This document shows, piece after piece, positions 1 to 12,400 of a DNA stretch of 64,000 nucleotides. The notes under the pieces were generated by a model, which was not told the origin of the DNA, did no database searches, and saw only the letters and a program-made list of their open reading frames with translations. Origin of the DNA: Minutocellus sp. GHC0000111. Its lineage: Eukaryota. The stretch's first letter is position 1; each line of letters begins with the position of its first letter. Position numbers and translations under genes: made by a program. The stretch lies in assembly GCA_977018835.1 (NCBI GenBank), contig OZ361256.1:7254001-7318000 (forward strand). Direction: 5' to 3'.

Positions 1-660
1 ATGCATCAGCGGCCCACCAGGGACCACTTGGCGAGTTGTGGACGATTGATCTTGCACAATAATCGTCGGGAGAATAACGCGATGGAATCGATGGCCTCCA
101 CCGAGTAATGGCCGCCACCAGACCCAACATGCGGATGGAGGAACACCGATAGCGAGGGCAATGCCGGAAGCAGCACCGGCACTACCGATACCGACGGCGA
201 TTCGTGGTTTTGGCGTTGGGGCGCACGTTGTTGTCTAGGGGGCGGCACTCGACAACTCCGCACTCGACAACTCCGAGTCACCGTGGTGCGGAAGCACTTG
301 TGCTAGCGCAGATGAAGTTGTAAATATTGAGTGCATGTACAGGCCGTTGACGAGCTGAGGAGGAGGAAGAGACCGGAGGAGTAGCCGAGCATTCTTCGAT
401 GGAATTGGCGGAACACAAAAACATGCGGGGATGCCACTATCTTGTGCAATATTTAGCGGTGTGTATTTGCTGTCGAAGAGTTGGCGGTGTTATCAAAAGG
501 ACTATCATCTTGAAATAGTTCTTGTTGTAATTTTATGTCTAGGTGTATTATGTACTAGTAGCTAGTATTGCGTAGCCCACTCTTTTGCTGACTTGTAATA
601 AGTATAGTATATATATATATATGCATATATAAATTTAAAACCTTGTAAGCACCATCCATG

Positions 661-1432
661 TTACAGTCTCCTCTTTTTGGTTGACGGATAGTGTCCACAC
701 AATTTGCGACCCGGATGGCACCGTGCAATTGGATCGCTTCCATTTAGGTGCTCCTCGATGCAGGTCATTTCCCTACCATTACTATCCGAGTGACGATCAA
801 TGCGACTGATAGGAGTTCGGCATTCTTTGAAACAAAAGACAGTTCGATGGTACCGATTGGCTCCATGCGAGCTCGTAGCACATTTCTTGCAAAACTAGCA
901 GCTGTCGTTCAGCGGAACTTTCTGCTTGCCCGTCCTTTTCTCGGTCGTCAGTGGCTTCCCTGTAGTGAATGCCGTCATCGGTAGTCTAAGCCCATCTTGG
1001 TTTATTTGGTTGAATTGCATGGGGACATCTGAAGGGCGCGATTTGGGACGGGAGCGGGGTTTTGGCGGTCGTCCTTTCTTCCAGCTCGTTTTGTCTCATC
1101 GTCATCACCCTCGGCCGCAGTGGCCGCAGCGGCCGCATCGTCGGCGGCGGAAACATCGGCGGGCCGATGAACAAGGTTGCTGCGCCGACGTGGCTTGCCC
1201 GTTGACTTTGGCAACCGGACTGACATCCTCTTGGGCTGGTGATTGCTGACGGCGGTACTTATCGGACGTTGCACCGGTTGGAGTGGCGGCGGCAGCGGGT
1301 GAGGGAGTAACGGTGGGATGCGGCCGACGCTGGTGCTGATGAAGACGCTGCAGCGGCGGCGGCGCGAGTTCGGCCGAGCGCCGCAGGAGAGTCCTCCATG
1401 GCACATGCAAGATGCTTCTCTTACATGCTCAT
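661..1432 (-). pseudogene. Degenerate gene for a low-complexity protein with an AT-hook-like motif and a C-terminal Cys/His zinc-binding domain (piggyBac cysteine-rich-domain-like)
   Basis: Manual translation of 1080-661 (-): KKGRPPKPRS...NDSC*FCKKC...RTVFCFKECRTPISRIDR...GREMTCIEEHL...KKRRL*, with an in-frame TAG at 895-897. The Ala-rich upstream part switches frame about three times (ORFs 1105-1410 and 1002-1406). Confidence 0.5.
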
Positions 1433-1852
1433 TGTTGCTTGGAAAAAGCGAGGGGTGCGCATGGCCGGCGGCATTGGGACGGTCGGCTCATCTTCAATTT
1501 TTGAGGAGGAAAAAAATGACGAAACGACGAAACGGCCAAAAATTAGGTTGACTTGGACGATGAAAACCGGAGCTTCGGATACCTTTCGGGCATCTTTCTT
1601 GCTACTAACTACTACCGAATGAAAGATAGAGAGACTACAAACACTCTGTTCATTCGAATTTACGCTGTGCGATGCATGATATTGATCTGGGTAACGGTGA
1701 CTTTCAGCATGAAATTTGGCATGAAATTTCCGGGTTTTTTCATGTTCGAACGTCTGACCACTAGTAGGTAACTCAGTGAGTGGTTGGGATTGATTGACCG
1801 AATACAGCTCCGAATACGTTTGTACCCGTCAAGCTATCGCAGCAATAAGAGC

Positions 1853-4526
1853 ATGTCCCAGCAGCAGCAATTCCGATCGTATCAGCAGCAATCGAGTGAT
1901 CCCACGTCGGGTGGCGGGGTCCCGCCTGCTGATGCGGAGAGCCAGCCACTGACGTCGACCACCACTTCTCCGGTTCGACGCAACATATCCAACCTGTCCC
2001 TCGAAGATTCCGAAGCCGGTTCCTCACTTACCATTGTCAAAGGGTTTGGCCCGATTCCCAAGATTCGCGGTCACACGAAGTGGCTGCTTGGAATTACCTT
2101 GGGTTTCATCTTGTTGAGCGTGGTGATGGAACGGATTCGTGGCGGCGATGACGATGACAACGGCGATGGTTCTGATGGAATCTCCTCCGCATCCGCATCC
2201 ACATCCGCATCCGCATTTACACCAACATCGACATCAGCATTTGGTCCTCTGCTCGATTCTGAAGAAGAAATCGGTGTTCATTCCTGTGGATCGTACTTTG
2301 AACCTGTCGATATTATGAAGCTCAAGGATTCGTCCACGGCGGAGAATTTACCCAACGGGGCGGTGGCATCTGATAACAAGGTTTGCAGCGTCATGGGGAC
2401 CAAGATCATGCAAGAACGAGATGGAAATGCAGTCGACGCGGCCGTTGCGACTGCGTTGTGCCTGGGCGTAGTCAACCCCGCCTCGAGCGGAATTGGAGGT
2501 GGTGCCTTCATATTGGTCCATGCCGATCAGACGCACCATGAGGCTAAGGTTGGGCACGAAGCGTACATAAAGCCCAAATTTATGGATTTGAGGAACGAAA
2601 GTGTTGCGAAGGAAGGCCTAAGCCGTAGGCCTGTTCCTAATAAGAGTGATGATGAGGGGAGAAGGGCAATGAAAGGCAAGAAAATCACTGAGTTCATCGA
2701 TGGCAGAGGTGAGTGTGTGTGGTGTTGCATTTGCGATATGATTCTGTTATTTCTCTACTAATTGGTATCTGATATAACAGTGCTTCAACACATCTCGCTC
2801 TAATTTTCCATGCACTAAACCGAAATGTCTTCTTTAGAAACGGCACCTGCTACAAGCACCTATGACATGTTTGAGAAGCTACCACACGATGCTTCGGTCA
2901 ATGGAGGACTTGCCATCGCCATTCCAGGTGAGCTTCGTGGACTCGAGGTTCTCCATTCTCGACATGGAAAATTGGATTGGGCCGATGTTGTAAAACCGGC
3001 TACGGAACTTGCAGAGAATGGATTTGAAGTTACCGAGCATCTTGCCCATGACATTGCTAACCATGGGGCTAGATTTGCCGAAAAATATCCAAACCTCGGC
3101 AAACTGTTGAGTCGAAATGGCGATGGCAAGACATGGTATCAGAAAGGGGATATCATGAAGCGTAAGGAGTATGCTGCCACTCTTCGGGCGGTAATGAAAG
3201 ATGGTGCAGATGCCATTTACAACGGTCCAATTGCACAGGTAATTGTAAAGGATCTCAAGGAGGCTGGAAGCATCATCACTGAGGACGACATGGCAAATTA
3301 CCACCCGGCTCTAAGAGATCCTCTCGTCGCCCATGATGTGGGTGGGTTCACAATGGTTGGAGCACCACCGCCATCTTCAGGAGTAAGTAAATACTACGGA
3401 TCATGGTATGCCTTATATTTCTGAGTATCATGGGCTCCTTCTTTTCTTACAAAATTATAATACGATTCTCTATTGCTCAAATGATTTGCCATGGATTTCA
3501 CAGGGAGCCGCAGTCATTGGAGCAGCTCGGTTCCTTACGGGATATAAGGACAGCATTGCTACATTTCCCGATACGTTGTCAAAGCACCGCCTCGTGGAAG
3601 CTTTCAAACATGTCTTTTCAATTCGAATGTCGATGAGCGACCCGGCATTTAGCAATAATACCCATGATGCCGCAAAAGACATGGTCTCCGGAAACTATAT
3701 GGACAAACTTCGCGAAATGACTCTCGACCATGGAGTCCTTCCATTATCAGAATATGGCGGAAAGAAGTGGAGCCAGGTCAAAGACGAGAGCGAAGGAAAT
3801 TATAAGGAGATTGCAGAAGATGCCCACGAAGGAGACAGAAGGAGAAGAAAGCTCAGACTTTTTAACTACCTCGAAGATAAGGGGACGACGCATCTTGCCG
3901 TCGTCGATAAAGATCGCAACGCCGTGTCGATTACCAGTACGGTCAACACCTACTTTGGGTCAAAAGTTGTGAGTCCGTCGACTGGCATTGTGTTTAACGA
4001 TGAGATGGACGATTTCGCCACCCCAGGTCGTCCTAACTTGTTCGGTCTGCCACCATCTGAGGCAAACTACATTGCTCCGGGAAAACGGCCCCTCTCAAGT
4101 ATGAGTCCAACCCTTGTCTTTCGTCGTGATTTTGACGGTGAGGTCACCGAAAGTGACGATCTTGGAAAGTTGTTCATGACGCTTGGAAGTTCTGGAGGAC
4201 CCAAGATCATCACTGCCGTCCTCCAAGTTTTTATGAATCACGCCTTACTGGGCATGCCGCTCTACTCAGCGGTAGCAAATCCTCGCATTCATGATCAATT
4301 GCTGTATCACAACAGTGTCGTTACCACCTACGATAAATGCCCACTGCTTCAAGGGCCGACGATTGAAGTTACGAACCGAACCAGGACCGCTCTCAAGAAG
4401 AGAAAGCATAAGCTTCTCCCGGTCGATTATCTTGGAACGACCCAAGCGATCTCTGTTGATTTGGAGACTGATTTACTCACTGCTGTGAGCGACATTCGCA
4501 AGGTGGGGACTCCAGCGGGATATTAA
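1853..4526 (+). CDS. GGT: Gamma-glutamyl transpeptidase (type II membrane protein), 3 exons: 1853-2708, 2838-3382, 3504-4526
   Basis: Motifs GNAVDAAVATALCLGVVNPASSGIGGG, spliced IDGRETAP, PPPSSG|GAA, nucleophile GTTHLAVVD, NDEMDDF and PGKRPLSSMSP. N-terminal TM anchor. GT-AG introns at 2709-2837 and 3383-3503 restore the frame. Confidence 0.95.
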
Positions 4527-4762
4527 AAGAAGATAATTATGATTTGCGTGGCGAGAAGAAATATTCATCAAGAGGCTGAACGAGATGTGGTAGGAAAATG
4601 ATTTTGCAATTTAACTTGAGTTACGATCGACGATAGATACCATGGTAGCATAGATAGACTGATAAACTTAATAACTAAATCGGGTTTTCCTTTTTACATT
4701 TGCTACAAGTGATACCTTCGCTGCCTTTCTCGGCATTTTGTCTTTCCTTTCCTCTACTGAAT

Positions 4763-6646
4763 CTAAACAGCCGCCATATCAACGCCAATAATGCAAGCCT
4801 CAGACACCTCTCCTTTGTCGTCGATCACGTTGAACAAATAAACTCCTCCCACCATGACGTTTTTGTTTTCGGTATACACACGGAGCGTCTTGTCGTCAAG
4901 CATTTCAAAGTCCAACTCGATCCAGCGGGCATCACAATTGCGTGTGTGCGAGCTACTTCCAGATTTAGTAGCAGTGACGCGAGAGATTGCTGCGGCGTCT
5001 TCAACGGTGATGCCAAATGTCGACTCGCTATCAGCAATACTAGGACAGTATTCGATGATGGGACGGGCTGGAGAGTCGTACAGGCAAAAGAGTTGGCCAT
5101 TCATGTTTTTCACTGGTCCTGGACTCCCCCCACCGGCTGACATGATGCAACCATCGGTAAGAACAATGGCGGTCGAGTGATAGAGGCGAGGCCTCTCCTG
5201 GTCAGGGCCGACTTCAATTATGTTGCTCTCCGGATCCCAGATTTGAATGTCAAGGACGGCATCTTCGACGTTACCTTGAGCAACTAAAATATTATTGGCT
5301 CCGCCCACAATGGCGACGTGGCCATCGGGAAGCATGGCCATGGAGCCATTGACTCGAGCCTTTCCGAGGTTATTCTTCTTTTCCCAAGTGATGTTGGTAT
5401 GATCGGAGATGTCGACACTCCAAATGTTTCCCTCATCGTCGAGGAAGGCAGCGCGGTCGACTCGATAAAGGATGGAAGGCGTGCGTGGGTGAGCAATGAA
5501 AGGTCTCCGCCCAATCAATTCAATACTTCCTTCACCTTCCACGTTGATGAGATAGACTTGTTCACCCTTCCTCGGCATGAATGCAATGATTTGTCCTTTG
5601 GAATTGATGTATACGTGGGGGTAATACCAGCTGAAGTTATTTCAGAAAAGGTAAGGTGAGGGTCAGAGAGGGTTGTCAGTGATGTAGTCTTGTGAGCAAG
5701 ATGAAAGCCAACATTCTCCAACTCTCTCTCTCTGTCTCTCTGCATGTTCATACAAAGTCATACTTCTAGTAACGCAGACTCACTAATTTTTGTCAGCATC
5801 ATTCTTGATGGCAGGAACAGATGCTCCGGGTAGAGGACGGAAGCCAGAGTCAGGAGAGAAGATTTCTGGAATGTCTGTGCCTAGATATTGGTCGTCTCTT
5901 CCGCCAACGACGAAGATATCACCATTTGGGAGGTTGACGCTTGTTCCGTACCACCTCGCGAACGTCATGTTTCCCTTTGGATGAAGGCGAATCTCTTCCG
6001 TATCGGAGAGGTACTCGAGGACAGTTTTGATGCCGGCTCCCTTATCGCCAATTGGTCTCCCATCTCCCCCCATAATGACAACATTGCCTGTTGACACGTC
6101 GTAATTGAGGGACGAGCAAAATGTGTCGGTTTCTGTTCCGTGCTCCAGGAGTTTGTGGCCGTAGTGAATTCCCTTCGAGTGGCCCCAAACCTCGTAAAAG
6201 AGCTCCCCACCCTGATCACCCTTGTCATTGGTACCGTAGGACAGAATCTGACCGTCCGAGAGGAGGAGCGTGTGGATGGGGATCACAGACATGTTGTAGA
6301 CTTCGCTCCATTTGCCGCTACCCCCGGCCTCTTCATCGGCGGGTGCAATTGGTGCAGGAACTGGCGACAGAGTGATCTGCGTGGGCTCCAGAGTATCTCC
6401 CTCACAACAAATGACGCCCTCGTAGCCCCGGCCGCTCTCGAAACAACTCCTCTCGCAGTAACGGTTGGCGATCCAAGCGTCATTATCACTACACTTGTTA
6501 CCCTTGCCGACTCTGGAAGGTGTACAGTCTTTGTTCTTGGATATCATTCCCTTGGTAGGAACATCGGTGCAGACAATACAATCAGCGACAGCTGTCGAAG
6601 ATAGGGTCGACAAGGCGGCAACGAGGAAGGCTGCATTCAGAATCAT
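4763..6646 (-). CDS. Secreted copper-radical oxidase (galactose/glyoxal oxidase family AA5; kelch propeller + DUF1929) with an N-terminal Cys-rich module; exons 6646-5784, 5630-4763
   Basis: Signal peptide; catalytic-site motifs TFCS, RWYGT, RLYHS and SSHTRN. Intron 5631-5783 (GTGAGT...CAG) joins DKNY|WYYPH in frame. Confidence 0.88.
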
Positions 6647-6976
6647 GGTTTACGATTGCAAGTCGATCAATATCGTTCAAATCTCGAATGACGATTGTGA
6701 GCTAATGCGCAGATACGATTGTGTTGCACTCAGTTTGTCTTCGTCGCCAAAAGATGGCAGCGCCTGTGATTACTGTGATTATTTATGTTGCAATGTGTGC
6801 GTAGAAACCGACTCGCCAAGATTTCAGTGACAATCCCAAAGAGACGAAACACATACATGATTTCAGATTGCCTTCACAATCATGAGTTGTGTGTTGACCG
6901 AGACTTTGTGTGTGCATCAAGTCAAACTCTTGAGTGACTGATCGCTCAAACACCCAGCTATTGAAGGCTAACAGAG

Positions 6977-7999
6977 CTAGCACTCTACCAATAATCGCTC
7001 ATCTGGTCCGTTATGTTGAACAAAGCACTGCAACGATACACGGGTTCCATTCTGGAAACCAACGGCGGCGTGAGGCCGTTGGACGCAGAGCATGACCAAA
7101 TCGCCGGGCTCTAATCTAACCCTAAGAGGTGTCCCCAGCTGCTTTCGCAGACGAACTTGGGTCTGTGGATCTTGGGCACTCAGGCCTGATAGAGTGAGGG
7201 CATTGGTATACCAGTCCCATCGGCTCCTCACACCGAGCGGCCAGATATGAAAGTCACCACTGAAATCATCGGCATCGCCATCGGCATCATTTCCACTACT
7301 GGATGATCGGGGTGGCAATTGGAGATAAATATTGGCACTCAGCAATCCTCTATCGACCGAAAGCGGTGCCATTTCATCAACGTGTATAAAGCCTCTCTTC
7401 CATCGGGTGGGCCCCATCATCACGCGGGGCAGACCTCCTCCATATGGCCGTTTCAGACCATCCCTTTCGCGTGCCAATCCGGCACCACTGGGCCAGCATT
7501 CATCCAGTTCCAGGCGCAACTTGTCCATCGGCCACAGTTGCGGAGTACTGCGTTCAATACCATCTGTCATCCGCCGATCGTGGAATTCCTTCCATGCCCC
7601 GTCAAAGTAGGCATCGACGTCTTCCTGCTTTCCAGTAGAACTAGCAACATTGAACGGTAGGTGGGCACCGAGAGTTGAAACGTCACTGGACTCCAACCCT
7701 CGACGTGTCGATACTTTCCAGTTTCGTCCCTGCCCAGCCACGGCCTGGTCGGCCAAGAGCTTTCCCAATTGCTGCGCCGCGGCCTTGTCGTAGTAATTCT
7801 TAACGTGTAGAGCTGTGGCTTGGTGGGTGGCCAGACGGGCAAGGTCGGTTGGTCGAAGGATGCCATCGTCTCGCATGATGACTTCGCCAGCTGGTCCGCT
7901 TTCCAGGAGACGTGACAAACCACCATACCGAGCTTCCAGCAATGCGAATAGACGCTGCGCTGCCACTTGGCTGGTACCGCCACCGCTGGAGCCCATCAT
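6977..7999 (-). CDS. Putative 2-oxoglutarate/Fe(II) dioxygenase-fold protein
   Basis: 340-aa ORF with HxD (IHVDE), LEPGDLV...RPH and a terminal R (GTRVSLQCF) in the spacing typical of 2OG-Fe(II) enzymes. Confidence 0.6.
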   Translation of the reverse strand: MMGSSGGGTSQVAAQRLFALLEARYGGLSRLLESGPAGEVIMRDDGILRPTDLARLATHQATALHVKNYYDKAAAQQLGKLLADQAVAGQGRNWKVSTRRGLESSDVSTLGAHLPFNVASSTGKQEDVDAYFDGAWKEFHDRRMTDGIERSTPQLWPMDKLRLELDECWPSGAGLARERDGLKRPYGGGLPRVMMGPTRWKRGFIHVDEMAPLSVDRGLLSANIYLQLPPRSSSSGNDADGDADDFSGDFHIWPLGVRSRWDWYTNALTLSGLSAQDPQTQVRLRKQLGTPLRVRLEPGDLVMLCVQRPHAAVGFQNGTRVSLQCFVQHNGPDERLLVEC

Positions 8000-8175
8000 C
8001 TTCAGGTATGTAAGGCGGCGGTATCTTTATCAGCACGTGATGTGCTGGCCTGCTGCGATTTGCGATTGGCCGGGCCTTCGACCCTGCAGGGCCGGCAGTG
8101 CCGGCAGTTCGTCCATCGTCCGTTCGTCACCTCTTTGCTCAATCGTCATTCAACAGCAGCAGCAGCAAGCCAACG

Positions 8176-9294
8176 ATGAGGTCCGGTACCACCGCCGCTG
8201 CTACCGCCGCCGCTGCCGTCCTGATACTGGGTGGACCCGCACAGCAAGTGGGTGCATTCCAATTCCCGACAAGGGTCCCGATTGTGAGAAAGGTTCAGCA
8301 TCGATCAGCATCGTCCCTCGCGCCGCTCGCATCATCGTCACAACTTGCTCTTCCCGATCCCGAGGACAACGGCACACCAGAAGCAACGGGCCTGGCCATA
8401 CCTCGGTGGCAGCGTTTCTCCAGACAATTTCGAACATTGTTCCGGGTTGGATTTCCTTCGGTAGTGGCTGGAGTTGCAGCAACTCTCATCTTTCCTGCGT
8501 TGGCTCGTTTGGCTTGTACAGTCACCAATAGCGCCCAAACCTTCACATTGCTTACACCGGCTGCTACGGACTACACGGGACAATTTTTGAGTGTGATCGG
8601 ACTGCTGTGTTCTCTGTTGGTCGGACAAACATATAGCTTTGTGTACAGTCAGCAGGAGGCTATTTACTATGCACTTTTCAATGAAGTGACGGAAGCCAAG
8701 TCGCTTCTAGAACAGGTGGCTCTGGTATGTCAAGGCCGTGCGATGTATCCGCAAGTTTTGAGAAGTATGAAGTCGTACGTGCGGAATGATTTGAAGCAGG
8801 TCAAGTCCGATCCTGCCATCCTCTTGAGTCGTTGACCGGCCGACGATCCGTTGGAGTCCATCATGTATCTGACGAGTGTTGGCATTCCCGGTCATATTTA
8901 CGAAACCATTCGAAGTCTTCGACAGGCACGAGCTGCCAGATTGGGTGCTTTGCAGCGCAAGGTTCCCAATATTCACATGGGTCTGCTGTGGATTTTGGCC
9001 AGTATCATGCTGATTACCTTCCCCCTGCTGGGAGCTGCCAGCATACAGGCTGCGACAGAAGGGGCAAAAAGTATCCTCACTGTGGAGGGATGTTTGTTCG
9101 GCGTTACTGCCTTCGCTGTCACACTGACCATTATGTTGGTAGGAGAGCTCCTTCGGCCTGCTGGTGGTGCCTACAATGTGGACGCTGTCCTTGGAGTGAT
9201 GGTGAGGGGATTGGAGAAAGAACTTGACGAACGACTGGAGGGAAAGATCAAGAATACCAACTCGCCGTCGACACCACTCGATAGAAGCGCATAG
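8176..9294 (+). pseudogene. Probably plastid-targeted bestrophin-like/DUF4239-type membrane protein, interrupted by an in-frame TGA (8833-8835)
   Basis: Signal peptide + GAF motif and four TM segments. ORFs 8098-8835 and 8851-9294 are in the same frame, reading LLSR*PADDPLESIMY; no intron is evident. Confidence 0.65.
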
Positions 9295-9409
9295 CAAAAA
9301 GTAATCTTAATAATAGCTACGCAGCTACTTAGCAAAGCGAGATGCAATTATGTTCTAAATTGTCGAAAAATGGTCTCAGAAGAATAGATTTGATTCATAA
9401 ACTAAATGC

Positions 9410-12400
9410 TCAGACCTTGTACTTCCTCTCAACTCTGACCTTGTCAAGGCCACAGGTCAGCGCCGACTGCGTTGTCTTGAGACTTTTGGCAATGTCCTGA
9501 AGTCTAACATGGCCGTCGGTTTCATCGTCAGGACCTTCAGGTCCCCACAGGGTGGCGACATCGCCAACTGCAACCAGAGCGCCAGGCCCAGCAGCGCCAG
9601 CTGGGCCAAGACATACCATCATCATATCCATGCAAACATTGCCGGCAACTGGAAATGTCGAGCCTCGGATAGACACCCGGCCCACGCCATTACCAAGCTC
9701 ACGAGGATATCCATCAGCAAACCCTATTGTTAGGGTCGCAATACGCACGTCCATCGGTGCGGTGTAGGCCCGATCGTATCCAACAGAATCGCCAGCCTTG
9801 ATCACGGATACATGACGGACGGATGCAGTGAGCGTACTGATAGCCCTGAGTTGAGGGAATGTTGGCCGCTGACCGTAAATGGCGCCTCCAGTTCGCACGA
9901 ACCCTCTGGTGTCCGCACCAGGCTGAGAAAGGATGCGCGAAGGGTCAAAGTGATTCAAAGTAGTAGTCAATAGTGCAGCAGAATTGTCGGTGCTCACTGT
10001 TGGCACGCTAATTCCAGCTGCTCTCACATTGTCGAGCAGTGTTAGGAAACGTTCCATTTGCGAGTGAGTGTACGTAGATGTCGACGTTGCATCAGCCATG
10101 TGGGTGCACATGCCAAAGAATTCAAGCGGTGCGTTGTCTCCAACCTCAGCGTCGTGGAGCTCCTTGATGAGTGCAATCGTTTCACTGTATCTTGGCTTTC
10201 TTGGTTTGATGACGGAGGTATCAGCGGCAATTGCGTCGCCCTTTCCAGGTGCATCCGGTTTGAATCCTAATCTGCCCATGCCGCTGTCCACCAAAGCATG
10301 CCACCGAAGTCTCTTGCGCTGCTGAGCCGGCGGCTGTTGCCCTTGAGGAAGGACAGGTGCCGGCTTTGGTCCGGCTGCACCGCCACCTGGACGCACGCCC
10401 ACGGCATTTGGTTGAACAATAACGTCATCGCCTCCATCATCTTCCTGGGAATTTTCAGCAGCTCGAGCCTCCTCTTCGGCCTCGCGTCTAGCTCGTGCCG
10501 CCAACTGTCGATCTCTGGAGATCTTAGCAGCCTCTTCGATTCCTCGAAAAGGTGCGATATTTGCTCCTGGTCGAGCGATGGTGGGAGCACCTGTTGCGGC
10601 AGCGTTGGCGGTAGGTGCGCCGTTTGCCTGTTGATATTGATTCTGTGCATTGATGCCAGAAGAGGTAGCATGCGCTGGAGTTGAACCGGCAGTATTTGCG
10701 GGAGGATTGGTATCGGTAGATGGTACCGAGGAAGCCTCACCATCGAGTTTTTCGCTGGAAACTTCTCGGGAGATTGCCGACTTTTTCTTTTGGAGAGGTT
10801 CAGCCTCCTTCTGCTTCTGTAAATGTACAGCCACGGCTTGTTGGTTGAGCAAAATTGCCCGAACTTCTTTTGCAAGATCGTCTCCAGTCACATTGGATAA
10901 GGTCGCCGATGCGCCAACATTCTGTGACAACTGACTTGCCTTGCGTAGTGGCGGAGTCTTCTTAGCATTCGGTGCAGTAGCGGCCGGTCCATTTTCAGCT
11001 GTTGCAATCACTGTACCTTCTACTGCGCTGGGACCTGGTCTTGGCCTCGGCGGTTTGCTTCGGCCATTCTTTTCAACCTTGGGCAACGCAGCTTCCGAAG
11101 AGTCTGCTTCCGCATTGTCATCCTTCTTTTCATCTTCCCTATCATCTTGATCTGGATCGTCTCCCTTCTCAGCATGTTCGTCGGTGGTAGGATCATCATC
11201 TATCGCCCCCTTCCCTGTACCCTTCAATCCAACACGGACCATACCGACATGCCGAGTCAAGGCCTCGCCCATATATTCTGCCGCCGCTCGCTGTACCTCT
11301 GTGCGCTTCCGCTCTTCAACGTTAGAAACCCACTCCATGAGCGCCCGAGCCACTTCTGGTCCGCTTACCATCACCTCAATCTGATGGTGGTGGTATAGAT
11401 CAAAGCTACGAGGGTAACCAACCGGCGGTCCTAGGACAAGGATGCGTATCCGAGGGGCGCGGTTGCGCGGTGGAAGTGCCGCTCCTGCCGCCGCTCCTGC
11501 TACAACCTTCATAGATTGCTGAGTCCCAGTGTGCGAGGAAACAGATCCTCCCGAAGAGGAGGATGGATTGAGCCGAGAGGGTGACTGAGATGAGGACGCC
11601 GCTATGGACGGCGACGGCGGTCGGAACAAACCTGCGATACCAGGAGCCGCAGACGTTAATGGATTCAACTCCGATGTCCTTCGAGAGGGAGGAAGCGATC
11701 CTTCCACTGGGACTGCAGCTGCAGCAGATGCTGCAGCTGCACCTGATGCGGGCATCATACCAAATTCAACACCACCACCCGAGTGCGAACCCACAGGAGC
11801 CGGAGCAGCCGCTGCGGCAGGACCAATACCGCCGCCCCCCGCCGCGGCCGGCAACGCCAGCGCCCTTCGCAAGGCAATGCCCTCCTCCAACGTCGCCACG
11901 GCAAAGGCATCGGCACCGCAGTAGTCGGCCAAATGCACCGCCGTCTCCACGGCCCCGTGTCCATAACCATCGGCCTTCACCACAACAATAACAGAGCACC
12001 TTTGTCGGCTGGCCGCGTCCTCCACAATGGCGTAGTTGTGCCGTAGAGCCGACAGACGGATGGTATGCGTCGCGCGCTGCGCATCCAGTTCGGGATCAAC
12101 GGGCGGCGGGGTCTGTGCTGAAGCGGCAATCATGGCCGCATTTGACGTGCCAGAAAGAGACGATGTGCTTGCAGTACATGTAGCAGCAACGCCTCCTCCT
12201 CCTCCGAACATGTGAGCAGCAGACATTGCCGATGACGACGTGATAGTCGATACAGTACCCACCACGCTGACGGGTGGTGGCGATGGCGATGACGAAGGCA
12301 GTGCCCCCGTCGAGGAGAACTGGGCGGAGTCGTTTGCAATTGCAGCAGCCGATCGTGATGGGGGGGTGCTTACGCTTTGGTCGTCAGCAAGATACGCGGC

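Noticed and set aside
1..425. Possible degraded HMG-box-like gene on the minus strand (RPVHALNIYNF..., KINRPQLAK)
   Set aside because: Similarity is too weak, the frames are broken and the region is cut by the window edge.
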